A stretch of DNA of 57,582 nt from a virus (IMGVR_UViG_3300037751_000355:1-57582), one strand, 5' to 3'. Positions 36,487 to 45,944 are shown, numbered from the stretch's first letter. Made by a program: numbers and translations. Notes: generated from the letters alone by a model not told the origin.

Positions 36487-36848
36487 GACCCCTCAGTGGC
36501 AGGGGCGGGCCTTATGTAAGAAAACTGTGGCATGGCTCCCACAACGAGTTCCCACGGAGCAAACTCCCACGCCGCTTCTCCCACCCACAAGATGCGTGAA
36601 CGTTCCCACGTCAACTCACGATACCCTATGAGCATGGTTCCGTTGGTTACGTCGTTGGTGCGGACGCGGAGGCGGCATGTGCGATACGACTCACAAATCC
36701 CTAGGCGTCGTGGCCCCGCGTAAACCGTTACCTGCTGCCACGCGCGGTTCGTCACGAGAAGGGGAGGGAACGTTTCGCGAGGCGTGAGGGTCGTGGCGCA
36801 CGCGAGGACGATCGCGGCGAAGAGGAGGAGTAGGGGTAGGCGTCTCAT
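36483..36848 (-). CDS. Lipoprotein
   Basis: Signal peptide with lipobox VLAC; V.N.....V.VY...RLG beta domain. Confidence 0.7.
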   Translation of the reverse strand: MRRLPLLLLFAAIVLACATTLTPRETFPPLLVTNRAWQQVTVYAGPRRLGICESYRTCRLRVRTNDVTNGTMLIGYRELTWERSRILWVGEAAWEFAPWELVVGAMPQFSYIRPAPATEGS

Positions 36849-36851
36849 GGT

Positions 36852-37412
36852 TTAGTATCTCGAAATGTTTTTGACGAGCCCGAGGTCGAGGGCCTTCTCG
36901 GTGATCGCTTGAGTGATCCTCACGTCGGCTTCACACCGATCACATACCTCGTCGAGTGCCTTTTTGTTTCCTCCCTTCGCTTTCATCCACACCTCGGGCG
37001 CTACGTCAGGCTTCTTTTCTAGTCCGAAGAATTCCGCGACGTGCTTCATCTTGGAACTCATGGGTTTGAGGCCGCGCCACCCCCGGAAATACCAAATGCA
37101 ATCCATGTGGAGCATCTCCTTGAGGGGGCGCTCCCCGTTCAAGACGAGGCGGGTGCGGAAGTGGGCTATGTCGAAGCCTTTCGAGAACCACCCGGCGGTC
37201 ATGTGGAATGTCTCAAGGTAATCCCGAACGTCGATACAAAGAGCGCGATCGTCGGTGAGGTCGGCGGCCTTCCCCTTCTTCACGTAATCGTCGATGCGAA
37301 ACGTCTTCATCTTGTTCGTGCCGGAATCGAGCACGCTGATGCAGATTACGGGACCGAATTGCGGAGATAGATCCCACGTCTCCTCATCCCAATAAGCTAT
37401 ACGCATTTGCAA
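36852..37412 (-). CDS. Stand-alone DEDD/RNase H-like 3'-5' exonuclease (RNase_H_2 type)
   Basis: WDEET, GW...GFDI, H.D, C.ADV motifs. Confidence 0.8.
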   Translation of the reverse strand: MQMRIAYWDEETWDLSPQFGPVICISVLDSGTNKMKTFRIDDYVKKGKAADLTDDRALCIDVRDYLETFHMTAGWFSKGFDIAHFRTRLVLNGERPLKEMLHMDCIWYFRGWRGLKPMSSKMKHVAEFFGLEKKPDVAPEVWMKAKGGNKKALDEVCDRCEADVRITQAITEKALDLGLVKNISRY

Positions 37413-37436
37413 AAGTCCTCAAAGGGGAAGCGATCA

Positions 37437-37509
37437 CTGGGGCGGGAGGGTTCGAACCTCCAACCTCCTGGGTAACAGCCAGGCGCTCTGCCGGTTGAGC
37501 TACACCCCA
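37437..37509 (-). tRNA. tRNA-Asn(GTT), CCA not encoded
   Basis: Cloverleaf: TGGGGTG/CGCCCCA acceptor, GCTC/GAGC D-stem, CCTGG-CTGTTAC-CCAGG anticodon arm, GGAGG-TTCGAAC-CCTCC T-arm. Confidence 0.95.
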
Positions 37510-37543
37510 CTGCAAGGGGGAGGCGGAGTTTTCTCATGCGGGA

Positions 37544-37573
37544 AAGATAACACTCGAACGGGTGAGGTGTCAA
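37544..37573 (-). promoter_or_regulatory. Sigma70-type promoter for the tRNA/exonuclease/glycosyltransferase operon
   Basis: TTGACA-18 nt-TATCTT with extended -10 TG. Confidence 0.6.
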
Positions 37574-37595
37574 CCTTTCACGTCTAAAGGAAGTC

Positions 37596-37854
37596 TTATT
37601 GGACGCTCGCGGTCCAGGCGAAGTCGACGTCCTGGCCGGGGTCTTGGTCTACGTTGATCGTGAACTGCGTAGAGGTCGGCGTGTGCGCCGCGAACTGTGT
37701 GGCCGCGCCCCATAGCTCCATCGGCGTTACGCTGATGTCCTGGATGTTGGGCGGAGCCCTCCGCGATCTGGCGGGCGACGTCCGCGAGCGTGTGCGTCCC
37801 GCCCGCGAGGTCCAGGGCCTTCTGTAGGCCCTCTAGAATCTCCGGGGTCATCAC
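37596..37854 (-). pseudogene. Recombination scar: truncated gene start joined out of frame to an orphan tail-spike C-terminus
   Basis: 37854-37745 reads ALDLAGGTHTLADV..I..G.AQ; 37754-37596 in another frame reads ISVTP...TSTQFTINVDQDPGQDVDFAWTA*. Confidence 0.55.
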
Positions 37855-37856
37855 CG

Positions 37857-39890
37857 CTACTTCATTATCCGTGCGGCTTGTAGGTCCGCGATGAGTGTGC
37901 CCACAACATCCGCCAACTCAGCCACGAGCACAGTGTCCGCGTCGAAGGCCCGGTCCGTCGTGACATTGGTGGGGGTGTACGTCTGGGCGTCGTCCTCCAA
38001 CACCGCGTCCGCGTTGTTTACGACGGTCCCCACAACCCAGTGGTTGCGGAACAGGTGAACCTCGTCCACCGTAGCGTCGAACGAATAGTCGTTGGTCTGG
38101 TTGGCTCCGGCGACCAGTGCGGTGTTGTCGTTCACGATCAGTAGCCCCACCCCTCCGGCCACTACCGCCGCTTCCAAGGAGGAGCTGCCTTGATTCGTGG
38201 CACTGTTCCCCGGTAGGTCATTGCCCTCCAGGCGCACTAAGGCGAACGGGTTGTCGCCGTCGCCTTGAACATGAATCCCCGCGTTACCACAGCCGTTGAC
38301 GTCGTTGCGCCGGGCCTTCACGCTTTGTGCCGCGTCACTGGTACCAATGTTTCGGAGCAAGATGCCTTGCGCCGTACCGTCCGACACGTCGTTATCATCG
38401 GCCAGCGTCAGCCCTGCGTGGCGAAGATCCAACCCGCCCCCGACCACAGTATTCCGTGAGCACAAGATTTTTCGTAGTGGCTCCCCGGCCAACCCGGTAA
38501 TGAAGACACCAACGTTAACCTCATTGGCGAGACGCACAGCGTTCCCGACCACGCTTACTTCAGTCGAAGAGCCAACGGCAAACCCGGTCCCGTAATCCAG
38601 ATAGATCCCAGAACGGGCGGTGCCCGTGTACTCAATCGTATTGTCATGGATACGCAAATGCCCGCCACGGGTGGTGTGATCGCCCGTCGCGCCGCTCTGA
38701 AAGGTTACTCCGTTCGCGCGTGTGGAGTTCGGGTTCGGGAAATAGCTCTGTATGAAGTTGTCGCTGACATCGAAGTGCGAACCCAGTAGCTCGCGTATCC
38801 CGACCCCCTGCCCCTTACCTGTTACCGTGTTGTTCGTGAAGGCAATGTAATCGCCCGCGAGCAACGCGCCTCCGCATACATTCCCGTCGAACCGTACATA
38901 CTCCGCGTTACCATGACAGTCTAGCGCCGCCCTACCCTGCGCCTCACTCGTCAAGGTGTAGTTGCCCCCTTGCACGAGGATACGACGGTTCGGGATGATA
39001 GCCCCACCCATCGCAATCGCATGTCGAGTAGCTTGAGCGCCGCCACCAAGGATGCTCAACTCTTGCACACCCGTGAGAGACAAGCCGTATTGCTCTGTGT
39101 CTGCAGCGGCGGTCATCGCGGTGTAAGAATCGCGCACATTGCCGCGGAAACAATACTCTCCAAGCTGTACTGTCGCGCGTTCTGCACCGGCCAAGCTACA
39201 ACCCGCCAAATGGTAATTGTGAACTCTGCGGAGTCGCAGTCCGATATTCACATCCTCTGGAAACTCGAACTGGATCCCCTCTGCTGAAAACTCTATCGGG
39301 TCGTATTCAAACGCCTTAAACGTACCAGACGCGGTGTATTCACCCATTACACGGTTCCGCACGTCCACCGTCGTTGTTGCCTGCGAAGCGATCTCAACAA
39401 TCTCTCCGGCCACGTACTCGTCTCGTGCGGAATTGAAACTACCCACCGCCGAGTCCCTAAGCACTAGCAAACCAGAAAGGGAACCCGGGTCCGATGCGAA
39501 CGTAATGGCGGTCGCCCCCTCGGCGACTGTTTCCGGGGCTTCCGCGACTTCCACCAAATCCGGGCCGTACACGTCTAGCGAAACGGACGGGGCTTCCGGG
39601 GGCGGGTCAAGAAAGCGAATCGTAGTTAGGCCAGACCCCGCCCCTATCCAGTGCTGGCTGGTGGTGATCTCAACCCGGGTCGCATTGACGACGAAATCAC
39701 CCGGGGGGAAATACAACTGTTTTCCACCTGCCGCTGCCCTCGCCGCCAGGATTGCGGCGGTGTCGTCCACCCCGTCGCCCTTCGCCCCGAACGCCTTCAC
39801 GTTAAACACATCTCCCGCCGCTTGGTTCAACCACTCGTTCATATTCGCCGGAGTGGCTAAGTCCCCATCACTCACATAATTCACACTCAT
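37857..39890 (-). CDS. Tail spike / pectate-lyase-like beta-helix depolymerase
   Basis: FNVKAFGAKGDGVDDTAAI...LYFPPG motif; long beta-helix repeats. Confidence 0.85.
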   Translation of the reverse strand: MSVNYVSDGDLATPANMNEWLNQAAGDVFNVKAFGAKGDGVDDTAAILAARAAAGGKQLYFPPGDFVVNATRVEITTSQHWIGAGSGLTTIRFLDPPPEAPSVSLDVYGPDLVEVAEAPETVAEGATAITFASDPGSLSGLLVLRDSAVGSFNSARDEYVAGEIVEIASQATTTVDVRNRVMGEYTASGTFKAFEYDPIEFSAEGIQFEFPEDVNIGLRLRRVHNYHLAGCSLAGAERATVQLGEYCFRGNVRDSYTAMTAAADTEQYGLSLTGVQELSILGGGAQATRHAIAMGGAIIPNRRILVQGGNYTLTSEAQGRAALDCHGNAEYVRFDGNVCGGALLAGDYIAFTNNTVTGKGQGVGIRELLGSHFDVSDNFIQSYFPNPNSTRANGVTFQSGATGDHTTRGGHLRIHDNTIEYTGTARSGIYLDYGTGFAVGSSTEVSVVGNAVRLANEVNVGVFITGLAGEPLRKILCSRNTVVGGGLDLRHAGLTLADDNDVSDGTAQGILLRNIGTSDAAQSVKARRNDVNGCGNAGIHVQGDGDNPFALVRLEGNDLPGNSATNQGSSSLEAAVVAGGVGLLIVNDNTALVAGANQTNDYSFDATVDEVHLFRNHWVVGTVVNNADAVLEDDAQTYTPTNVTTDRAFDADTVLVAELADVVGTLIADLQAARIMK

Positions 39891-40084
39891 ACAGGATTCT
39901 CGCGATTAGAGGAGGAAAACGAAATAGCACCTAGAGTCGTCACACTCCAAGCGTTTTCGTTTGTGAAGGCGTCTGCGAAGTCCACACCCCGCTGACCCGC
40001 GTCGATCACATCTTTGGCGGTCACGAGGCGGGAGAAGTTCCCTAGACTCCTCTCACTCGTCTTCGTAGCGTCGGTCCACGTCAC
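39887..40084 (-). CDS. Small virion-associated protein
   Basis: Coupled ORF between the adaptor block and the tail spike. Confidence 0.5.
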   Translation of the reverse strand: MTWTDATKTSERSLGNFSRLVTAKDVIDAGQRGVDFADAFTNENAWSVTTLGAISFSSSNRENPV

Positions 40085-40353
40085 GACTCCCTCCGCTCCT
40101 CCAAGAGGAATCTAGGTTCGTCCTCACTAGTCCTCCGCTCCGACATGTTCTCGACGTTCTTAAGGCGTGCGTCGTGCTCCCCATCAGTCTTCGTGAGGAC
40201 GTCGAGCTTGACGTGAATCCCACGAAAGCTCTCTCGTACCTCCTCCTTAAAACCATTAAGGGAGTTCTTACCTCCCTTATTGCCTCCCACAATCGCTCCG
40301 ATAGTAGCGGTGACTGCGCCCGCGAGGGCCGTAATGACTTCGGGCGTCATCAT
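40081..40353 (-). CDS. Membrane-anchored coiled-coil protein (holin-like)
   Basis: N-terminal TM followed by a heptad region. Confidence 0.5.
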   Translation of the reverse strand: MMTPEVITALAGAVTATIGAIVGGNKGGKNSLNGFKEEVRESFRGIHVKLDVLTKTDGEHDARLKNVENMSERRTSEDEPRFLLEERRES

Positions 40354-41033
40354 CGGCGGCGCCTCCCACCCTTAGACACATACGGTTGGAAGCCTTGGCG
40401 AAACTCTCCCGATTGCCTAAGCGCTTGAGACGTCTTGAGGGTTGCGACGAACGCGGCGTATTGGCGCGCCGCCTTAGCGGATCGCTCCTCGTCCCCCACG
40501 AAGTCCGCGAGATACTCCCTCGTCTTCAACTCAACCGCCTTCCTCCACGGCGTCGAAAGACTCGGAACGCTCGAAGTCGAAACGAGATCCTCGGGGTGAG
40601 CGCGGTAGCGGAGTTGGAAGGAGTACCCCGAGTTCGGACTCGGATAGAGTTCGAGCCACGAGTTGTAAAACGCGATCTCCCTCGGCGCTCCCCCCGGGGC
40701 GGGATTCCTCCCATCCATCATCTCCATCCCCACGATCTTAAGCGTAGCGTACGAGGAGTTAACGCTCGAAACCGTGGACCACGACGGTCGATGTATAATC
40801 GCGGCCGAGACGGGAGCGTAAAAATCCGTGGGAAGCTCAATCTTATTCTCCCCACTCGTCGTGGAAGAGATCGCAATCTTCTCCCCCTCCTCAGGCGCTA
40901 TCGCGTACCAGACTTCGAAATAAGCGTCGTTCGCGAGACGTGAGGCGTCGGAAACGGAGATGTCAGCGCGTCGTCCAATCGCGGCGGTTGCGCTTGAGAG
41001 AATCTCCCCGAGGTTATAGGTAGGCATTGTCAC
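40350..41033 (-). CDS. Head-tail adaptor (podovirus gatekeeper-type)
   Basis: N.AY..., LPTDF, G.P........LELYPSP..Y...LRY...P..L motifs. Confidence 0.75.
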   Translation of the reverse strand: MTMPTYNLGEILSSATAAIGRRADISVSDASRLANDAYFEVWYAIAPEEGEKIAISSTTSGENKIELPTDFYAPVSAAIIHRPSWSTVSSVNSSYATLKIVGMEMMDGRNPAPGGAPREIAFYNSWLELYPSPNSGYSFQLRYRAHPEDLVSTSSVPSLSTPWRKAVELKTREYLADFVGDEERSAKAARQYAAFVATLKTSQALRQSGEFRQGFQPYVSKGGRRRR

Positions 41034-41061
41034 CGACCCCTTGACATGTTATTATTCGGGC

Positions 41062-41604
41062 ATGAAAACATGTTTTCGGTGCGGCGAGGGTAAACCCTTT
41101 GAGCATCATTCATATTGTTACACATGTTTGAAGCTTATTAATAAGTTGAATAAAGTTGTGCGGGAGGGTCCCACAGAACTCAATATCGTTTATCCATACA
41201 CCCCTATGGATAAGTTTCTGTACGCCTACGTTACCAGAGACTACGGATGTCGCTTCTTTACGGGTTGCCCTAAACCCACGGGACCTAACTCTATTCCACT
41301 GAAAATTACTCATGGTCCCCCTATCGGCAGCCCGGGAGATTTTCCGGAGTCTGTTTTCGGGGAAAAATACACCGTGTATTTTATTCTCGACACCGAGCGT
41401 TGGTTGGTGAAAATAGGAAGAACTCAAAGTTTACACCGAAGACTTAAGCATTACACAAACGCAATAGAGGTGTTAGGAGTATTAAAAAGACAAGGCAAGG
41501 CCGCAGAGAAAGGGTTACACATAAGATTCGAGGAAGACTTCGTGGAGGACTCTTGGTTTAGTCCTAGCGAAGCGTTGATGCGTTTTATTTCGCAAGAATG
41601 TTGA
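41062..41604 (+). CDS. GIY-YIG superfamily (T5orf172/MUG113-like) endonuclease with N-terminal CxxC
   Basis: VYFI.....VKIG.T.....RL...EK.LH..F....WF; AT-rich. Confidence 0.75.
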   Translation: MKTCFRCGEGKPFEHHSYCYTCLKLINKLNKVVREGPTELNIVYPYTPMDKFLYAYVTRDYGCRFFTGCPKPTGPNSIPLKITHGPPIGSPGDFPESVFGEKYTVYFILDTERWLVKIGRTQSLHRRLKHYTNAIEVLGVLKRQGKAAEKGLHIRFEEDFVEDSWFSPSEALMRFISQEC

Positions 41605-41619
41605 CATCCTTAGTATCTT
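41601..41619 (+). promoter_or_regulatory. Candidate late promoter TTGACA-N7-TATCTT
   Basis: Matches the 18942 motif; upstream of the ejection-protein operon. Confidence 0.5.
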
Positions 41620-41644
41620 AAAGGTGGGCCATTATGCCCTATAA

Positions 41645-41663
41645 ATGATAACGCTTTAGTCAA
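41645..41663 (-). promoter_or_regulatory. Candidate late promoter TTGACT-N7-TATCAT
   Basis: Minus strand, pointing to the adaptor/tail spike operon; shares ACCCC-N5-GTTGAC with the 18942 copy. Confidence 0.5.
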
Positions 41664-41682
41664 CCTTCAGGGGTCTAACGCT

Positions 41683-42375
41683 TTGGGTTTTCTAACTAAA
41701 CCAAGCATAACTCAAGTCAACCCGAATTCCCCCGATGTCCAAGGACTTCAAGGCGGAATCTCGGAATTTCTCGGAGGTCTTTTCGGCGGGGGAGAGTCTC
41801 CGTTTGCGGGAGTCACCTCCGACCTCCAGCGAGGCGCCACGGGCGGGCTCATGCAGATGCTCTCGGCGAATCCGGAGCAGCAGACTCTCGATATGCTTCA
41901 GCCGGGCCTTATGGATCTCTTCTCCCAAGGCTCTTCTCAAGGCATCACGCAAGCGGCGCTTCCGATCTTCGCCCAGGGACTCCAGAGGCAACTTGGAGGA
42001 GCTTCTTCAGGCGCGCCCGGACGCTTCTCGACTGCGTTCGCCTCCCAAGGCATCGACCTAGCGTCTCGCGCAGCGCAAGACTTCAACCTCTTTCAGCAGC
42101 AAGCGCGTCAGGCAGACGTCGCTAACCAACTCGGAGCGGGAAGTCTCCTCGGGAGTCTCGCGGGTCAGGCAGGATCGGGGATGTTTGGACGCAACCTCGC
42201 CGCCGGACAACTCGGGGGCGCGCAGACGCAGCAAATGATCGACCCACAACTCCAACTCCTCCTCGGAGGCCTTGGCTTCGCGCGTCCGGCTCCGATGGAC
42301 ACCGTTGCGGGTCCGAGCCCTCTCGACATCTTCGGACAACTTGGGGCGCTCTTTCAGGCGGGTAGGGGGGCGTAA
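41683..42375 (+). CDS. DNA ejection/internal virion protein 1
   Basis: Gly/Gln/Ala-rich, first of three coupled genes (P22 gp7-like position). Confidence 0.6.
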   Translation: MGFLTKPSITQVNPNSPDVQGLQGGISEFLGGLFGGGESPFAGVTSDLQRGATGGLMQMLSANPEQQTLDMLQPGLMDLFSQGSSQGITQAALPIFAQGLQRQLGGASSGAPGRFSTAFASQGIDLASRAAQDFNLFQQQARQADVANQLGAGSLLGSLAGQAGSGMFGRNLAAGQLGGAQTQQMIDPQLQLLLGGLGFARPAPMDTVAGPSPLDIFGQLGALFQAGRGA

Positions 42376-43680
42376 ATGGCCATCATCCAAACCCAAGGAG
42401 GCGGCCTCGAACCACTCATCCAAGTCCTTCTCACCGAGAAGCGACTGGCAGCGGAGAAGGAAGACCTCAAGATCCGCCAAGGAGACTTCAAGCTCCGTTC
42501 CGAACAGGCAGCGCGCGAGCAAGAACTCCAAAACGCCGCCATCCAAGGCGCCCAAGCCGCCGCTGCGGTTCTTATGCGGAGCCGACCTGAGATTGCAAGC
42601 GCGGCCGAAGGCCTAGAAGGCGCCGCGCTCCCGTCCTTCCTCGAATCCCTCCAAGGCTTCGAGCAGGCGGGAGCCACCGTCGATGCGACGGAGGCTGGTA
42701 CGAGAGCGACGACCGCACAAGCGCGTGGGGCGGAAAGTTCCGCCCGCGTCTCTGAGGCGACCGAGGAGCCTCAAATCGAAGTCGCGCGCATGCAGCCTGC
42801 ACTCACGCGCGCCGACCTCTCCGAAACAGAAGCGCGCACGGTCGGACTCCTAGCCAACGTCGACCAAATCAAGTCCGTCACACGAGGGCAAGAACTCTCG
42901 AACACCTACGCCGCGATGCAGAACCAGTTAGGTGCGGAGTTCACCCCGCGCATCGCGCAGGCCCGCGCTCTCTTCGAGACAGGCCAAGTCACATGGCAGC
43001 AAGCGCGAGAGACGCTCGGACTTCCCGAAGGCGGTATTCCGGACGATACCGTTTTTGTTCCCGCAGGTGGAGCCCAAGCGAACGCCGAAGCGATGAAGAA
43101 CCAGAGTTTTGCACAAATGATGCAAACCTCTAACGGAATCATCAACCAACTCGAAGGTTCCGGAGTACGCCTAAGTCTTCTCTCGTCTCTTCAGCGTCAA
43201 ACCCAATTCGCTTCCTTCGACGCCCTCCTCAACGCTGTCGCAGGCACCGACCAAGAGCGCCTCGTCAACGCCCAACGTATGTTCGGAGACGCCTATCGCT
43301 TCTCCCTCTCGGGTCAGCAGTCGTCGGATCGAGAAGCGTTGAGGATGCTCAATTCCGTGTCTTCTCAGTTCGCGGACTCCGAGGAAACCATCTCGCAAAA
43401 GCGAGTGCTTAGGGAGGTTATGACAAACGTAACGCGCATGAAAGCCGGAGGCGGTATCACCTCCGTCCAAGGCGCTCAGATGGGACTTCGCGCCGCGCGC
43501 AACACCGGAGACGCAGAAACCATCGAACTTTTCCAAGAGATCCTCGATCAAGCTATTGCCCAGGAAGGAGACTCCGGAATCTCCAACGCCCCCACCGACG
43601 CCTCCAACTTCGGCCCCCGCCTCGAACGGGCCGATAGTCTAATCGACCTTGGTCTAATCGGTCGCTTTCCAGGACGATAA
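42376..43680 (+). CDS. DNA ejection/internal virion protein 2
   Basis: Ala/Gln-rich helical protein. Confidence 0.6.
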   Translation: MAIIQTQGGGLEPLIQVLLTEKRLAAEKEDLKIRQGDFKLRSEQAAREQELQNAAIQGAQAAAAVLMRSRPEIASAAEGLEGAALPSFLESLQGFEQAGATVDATEAGTRATTAQARGAESSARVSEATEEPQIEVARMQPALTRADLSETEARTVGLLANVDQIKSVTRGQELSNTYAAMQNQLGAEFTPRIAQARALFETGQVTWQQARETLGLPEGGIPDDTVFVPAGGAQANAEAMKNQSFAQMMQTSNGIINQLEGSGVRLSLLSSLQRQTQFASFDALLNAVAGTDQERLVNAQRMFGDAYRFSLSGQQSSDREALRMLNSVSSQFADSEETISQKRVLREVMTNVTRMKAGGGITSVQGAQMGLRAARNTGDAETIELFQEILDQAIAQEGDSGISNAPTDASNFGPRLERADSLIDLGLIGRFPGR

Positions 43681-45944
43681 TGGGACTCCCTGAATTCTCC
43701 TCAGCGCAAACCACGACCCCCACGACGCCTCAGGCGCCTCCTCAAGCGACGCCCCCCGCGACGGCGCGCGCCCCTAGGATTTCTCCCGCCGAACGCGACT
43801 ACCTCCGGCGTCAAGCGAACTCCATTTTCCTCCACGGGGGCTCCGAAGAGGACGTCGTTAACTTCGTCCAAACCCACGCGGGAATGCCTCTCGGGGCACG
43901 CGTGAAGTCGGTGACGGGAGCGATTACCGAAAGCGGAGGGGAAGGCGCTACGCAAGACAACCTCGTTTCCGGACTCTCCCTTAACGCTCTTCAAGGCGTC
44001 ACCTTCGGCTTCGGAGACGAGGCGGTTGGAAGTCTTATGGGAGTCCTCACGGGCGAGGGCGCTGCCGGGGGGCGCGATGCGTATCGGCAGCGCCTCCAGC
44101 GGTGGAACTCCGAGAACCCCAAAAAGGCGTTCGGGGCAGAACTCATGGGGGGATTCCTGACAGGAGCCCATGCGGCGCGTGCGGTCGGTGCGGGAGCCAA
44201 GGCGGCGGGCGCCGCGTCACGCATCGGTAGGACGGGAATCGAAGCCGCCGGAGTCGGCGCTATCGCAGGTGCGGGCCACGCCGAAGGAGGAGTCTCCGAC
44301 CGAACCGTTGGGGCGCTCTTTGGGGCCGCTTTCGGCGGCACCCTAGGTGTAGGTGTGGGCGTTGCAGCGAGAGGTGCGGGAGCGATCGTCAAGCCCGCTA
44401 CGCGCGTCGTCCTCGATCGCTTCAAGGGAGTCCAAGCTCGCATCCCCGGAGTTGGCTCTTCCGAGACGCACGCCAAAGCGCTCATGCTCGACGTCCTAGA
44501 CGCCGAAGGCCTCGACGTCTCGGATCTCCGAGGCGCCGCCGCCGCACTCCGCGCCAACGGAACCTCCCCGACTCTCGCCGACGTTGGCGGGGAAGGAACT
44601 CTTCAACTCCTCTCCGAAACCCTCGGGAGCCGCACGCCCGCGAAACAAAAGCTCGCCGAAGGCCTCCTCTCGCGTCAATCGGAACAAGGCGCTCAAATCT
44701 CCGGCAACCTCTTCCGCTCCATCTTCCGCCTTTCGAAGTTCGGGCTCCAAAACGCCTACGACGCCGTAGACGATCTCGCAACTCAACGAGCGAGCGCCGC
44801 TACGCCTAAGTACGCGGAGGCGTATCAGGACCTCGTCCCCACCTCCGACCGTCTAAAGCAAATCCTCTCGAACCCGAAGTTCCGAGGCGCTTGGGAAGAA
44901 GGTCGTCGTATCGCACAAACCGAGGAACTCGCAGGAGTCGGGAAAGGACTAGAAATCCCCGACCTTCCCGCCACCTCCCTCCGCGACGCTGCCGAACAAG
45001 AACTCGTGGACCTTGGCGTCACGGGGGATCGTCTTGGCGAAATGCTCTCGCAACTCCCCAACGACTTCCCCGACGCTCTCCCCGTTCGAGGCCTCGACTA
45101 CATGAAGCGTGGGCTCGACAACATCATCAAGCGAGGACTCAAGTCCGGAAAGGTCACGGACGCTCAGGAGATGCGAGCCCTTCGCGCCCTTCGCGAAGAG
45201 GTCCTCGAACTCGCCGACGAAGCCTCCCCCTCCTTCGGCCAAGCGCGCTCGATTTGGAGCGACGCCACTCAGTCGATGGAGGCCGTGGAGTTAGGGCAGG
45301 CGTTCGCACGAAAGCCTCCTCCCGTTGTCGCTCGCGAGCTAGAGGCTCTTATCTCGAAGTCGCCGGGGCTCGCGGACTTTTATCGCCTCGGTGCGGCCCA
45401 ATCCCTCTACGAGATGGCGACGGGCACTGCCGCGAAGTCCGAGGGTGCCGACGTAGCACGCCTCTTCGGGGGGAGACTTTTCGGAACGCAAAACCAAGAC
45501 GCCATGAGGATTCGCGCGCTTTTCCCTGACGCGCCCGACGTAGCCGAAGACTTCATGCGCCAAGTCGACGCTCAGGCGCGCATCTCTCACACATCCCGCG
45601 CCGTAGGGTCCTCGCGAACCGGAAGAGCCCTCCAAACTTTTGAAGAGCAAGTCGAAGGGTCGCCTCCACGAGGAGCCCTCACCCCCGCGCTCTTCGCCTA
45701 CAGCATCATGCGCGACGGAATCACGCGACTCCAGCGCTCTTTCAAGCGTGACGTGTCGGACGACCTCGCCTCGCTTTTTTCTCGGGGCATCGACGACCCA
45801 GCGGAGCTTGATCTTCTCTTTGATGCGTTGGATTATGAGCAAACCAAGCGCCTCGTTAGGCGTAGGTTTGGGGCGCAGATGGAATCCGGCCTCGCCGCCT
45901 CGCTGGGACTGATCGGGGGGAAGGTCGCGGGAAGCGCACGTTGA
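43680..45944 (+). CDS. DNA ejection/internal virion protein 3
   Basis: QGVTFGFGDE motif, Gly/Ala hydrophobic segment, LDYMKRGLD..I. Confidence 0.7.
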   Translation: MGLPEFSSAQTTTPTTPQAPPQATPPATARAPRISPAERDYLRRQANSIFLHGGSEEDVVNFVQTHAGMPLGARVKSVTGAITESGGEGATQDNLVSGLSLNALQGVTFGFGDEAVGSLMGVLTGEGAAGGRDAYRQRLQRWNSENPKKAFGAELMGGFLTGAHAARAVGAGAKAAGAASRIGRTGIEAAGVGAIAGAGHAEGGVSDRTVGALFGAAFGGTLGVGVGVAARGAGAIVKPATRVVLDRFKGVQARIPGVGSSETHAKALMLDVLDAEGLDVSDLRGAAAALRANGTSPTLADVGGEGTLQLLSETLGSRTPAKQKLAEGLLSRQSEQGAQISGNLFRSIFRLSKFGLQNAYDAVDDLATQRASAATPKYAEAYQDLVPTSDRLKQILSNPKFRGAWEEGRRIAQTEELAGVGKGLEIPDLPATSLRDAAEQELVDLGVTGDRLGEMLSQLPNDFPDALPVRGLDYMKRGLDNIIKRGLKSGKVTDAQEMRALRALREEVLELADEASPSFGQARSIWSDATQSMEAVELGQAFARKPPPVVARELEALISKSPGLADFYRLGAAQSLYEMATGTAAKSEGADVARLFGGRLFGTQNQDAMRIRALFPDAPDVAEDFMRQVDAQARISHTSRAVGSSRTGRALQTFEEQVEGSPPRGALTPALFAYSIMRDGITRLQRSFKRDVSDDLASLFSRGIDDPAELDLLFDALDYEQTKRLVRRRFGAQMESGLAASLGLIGGKVAGSAR

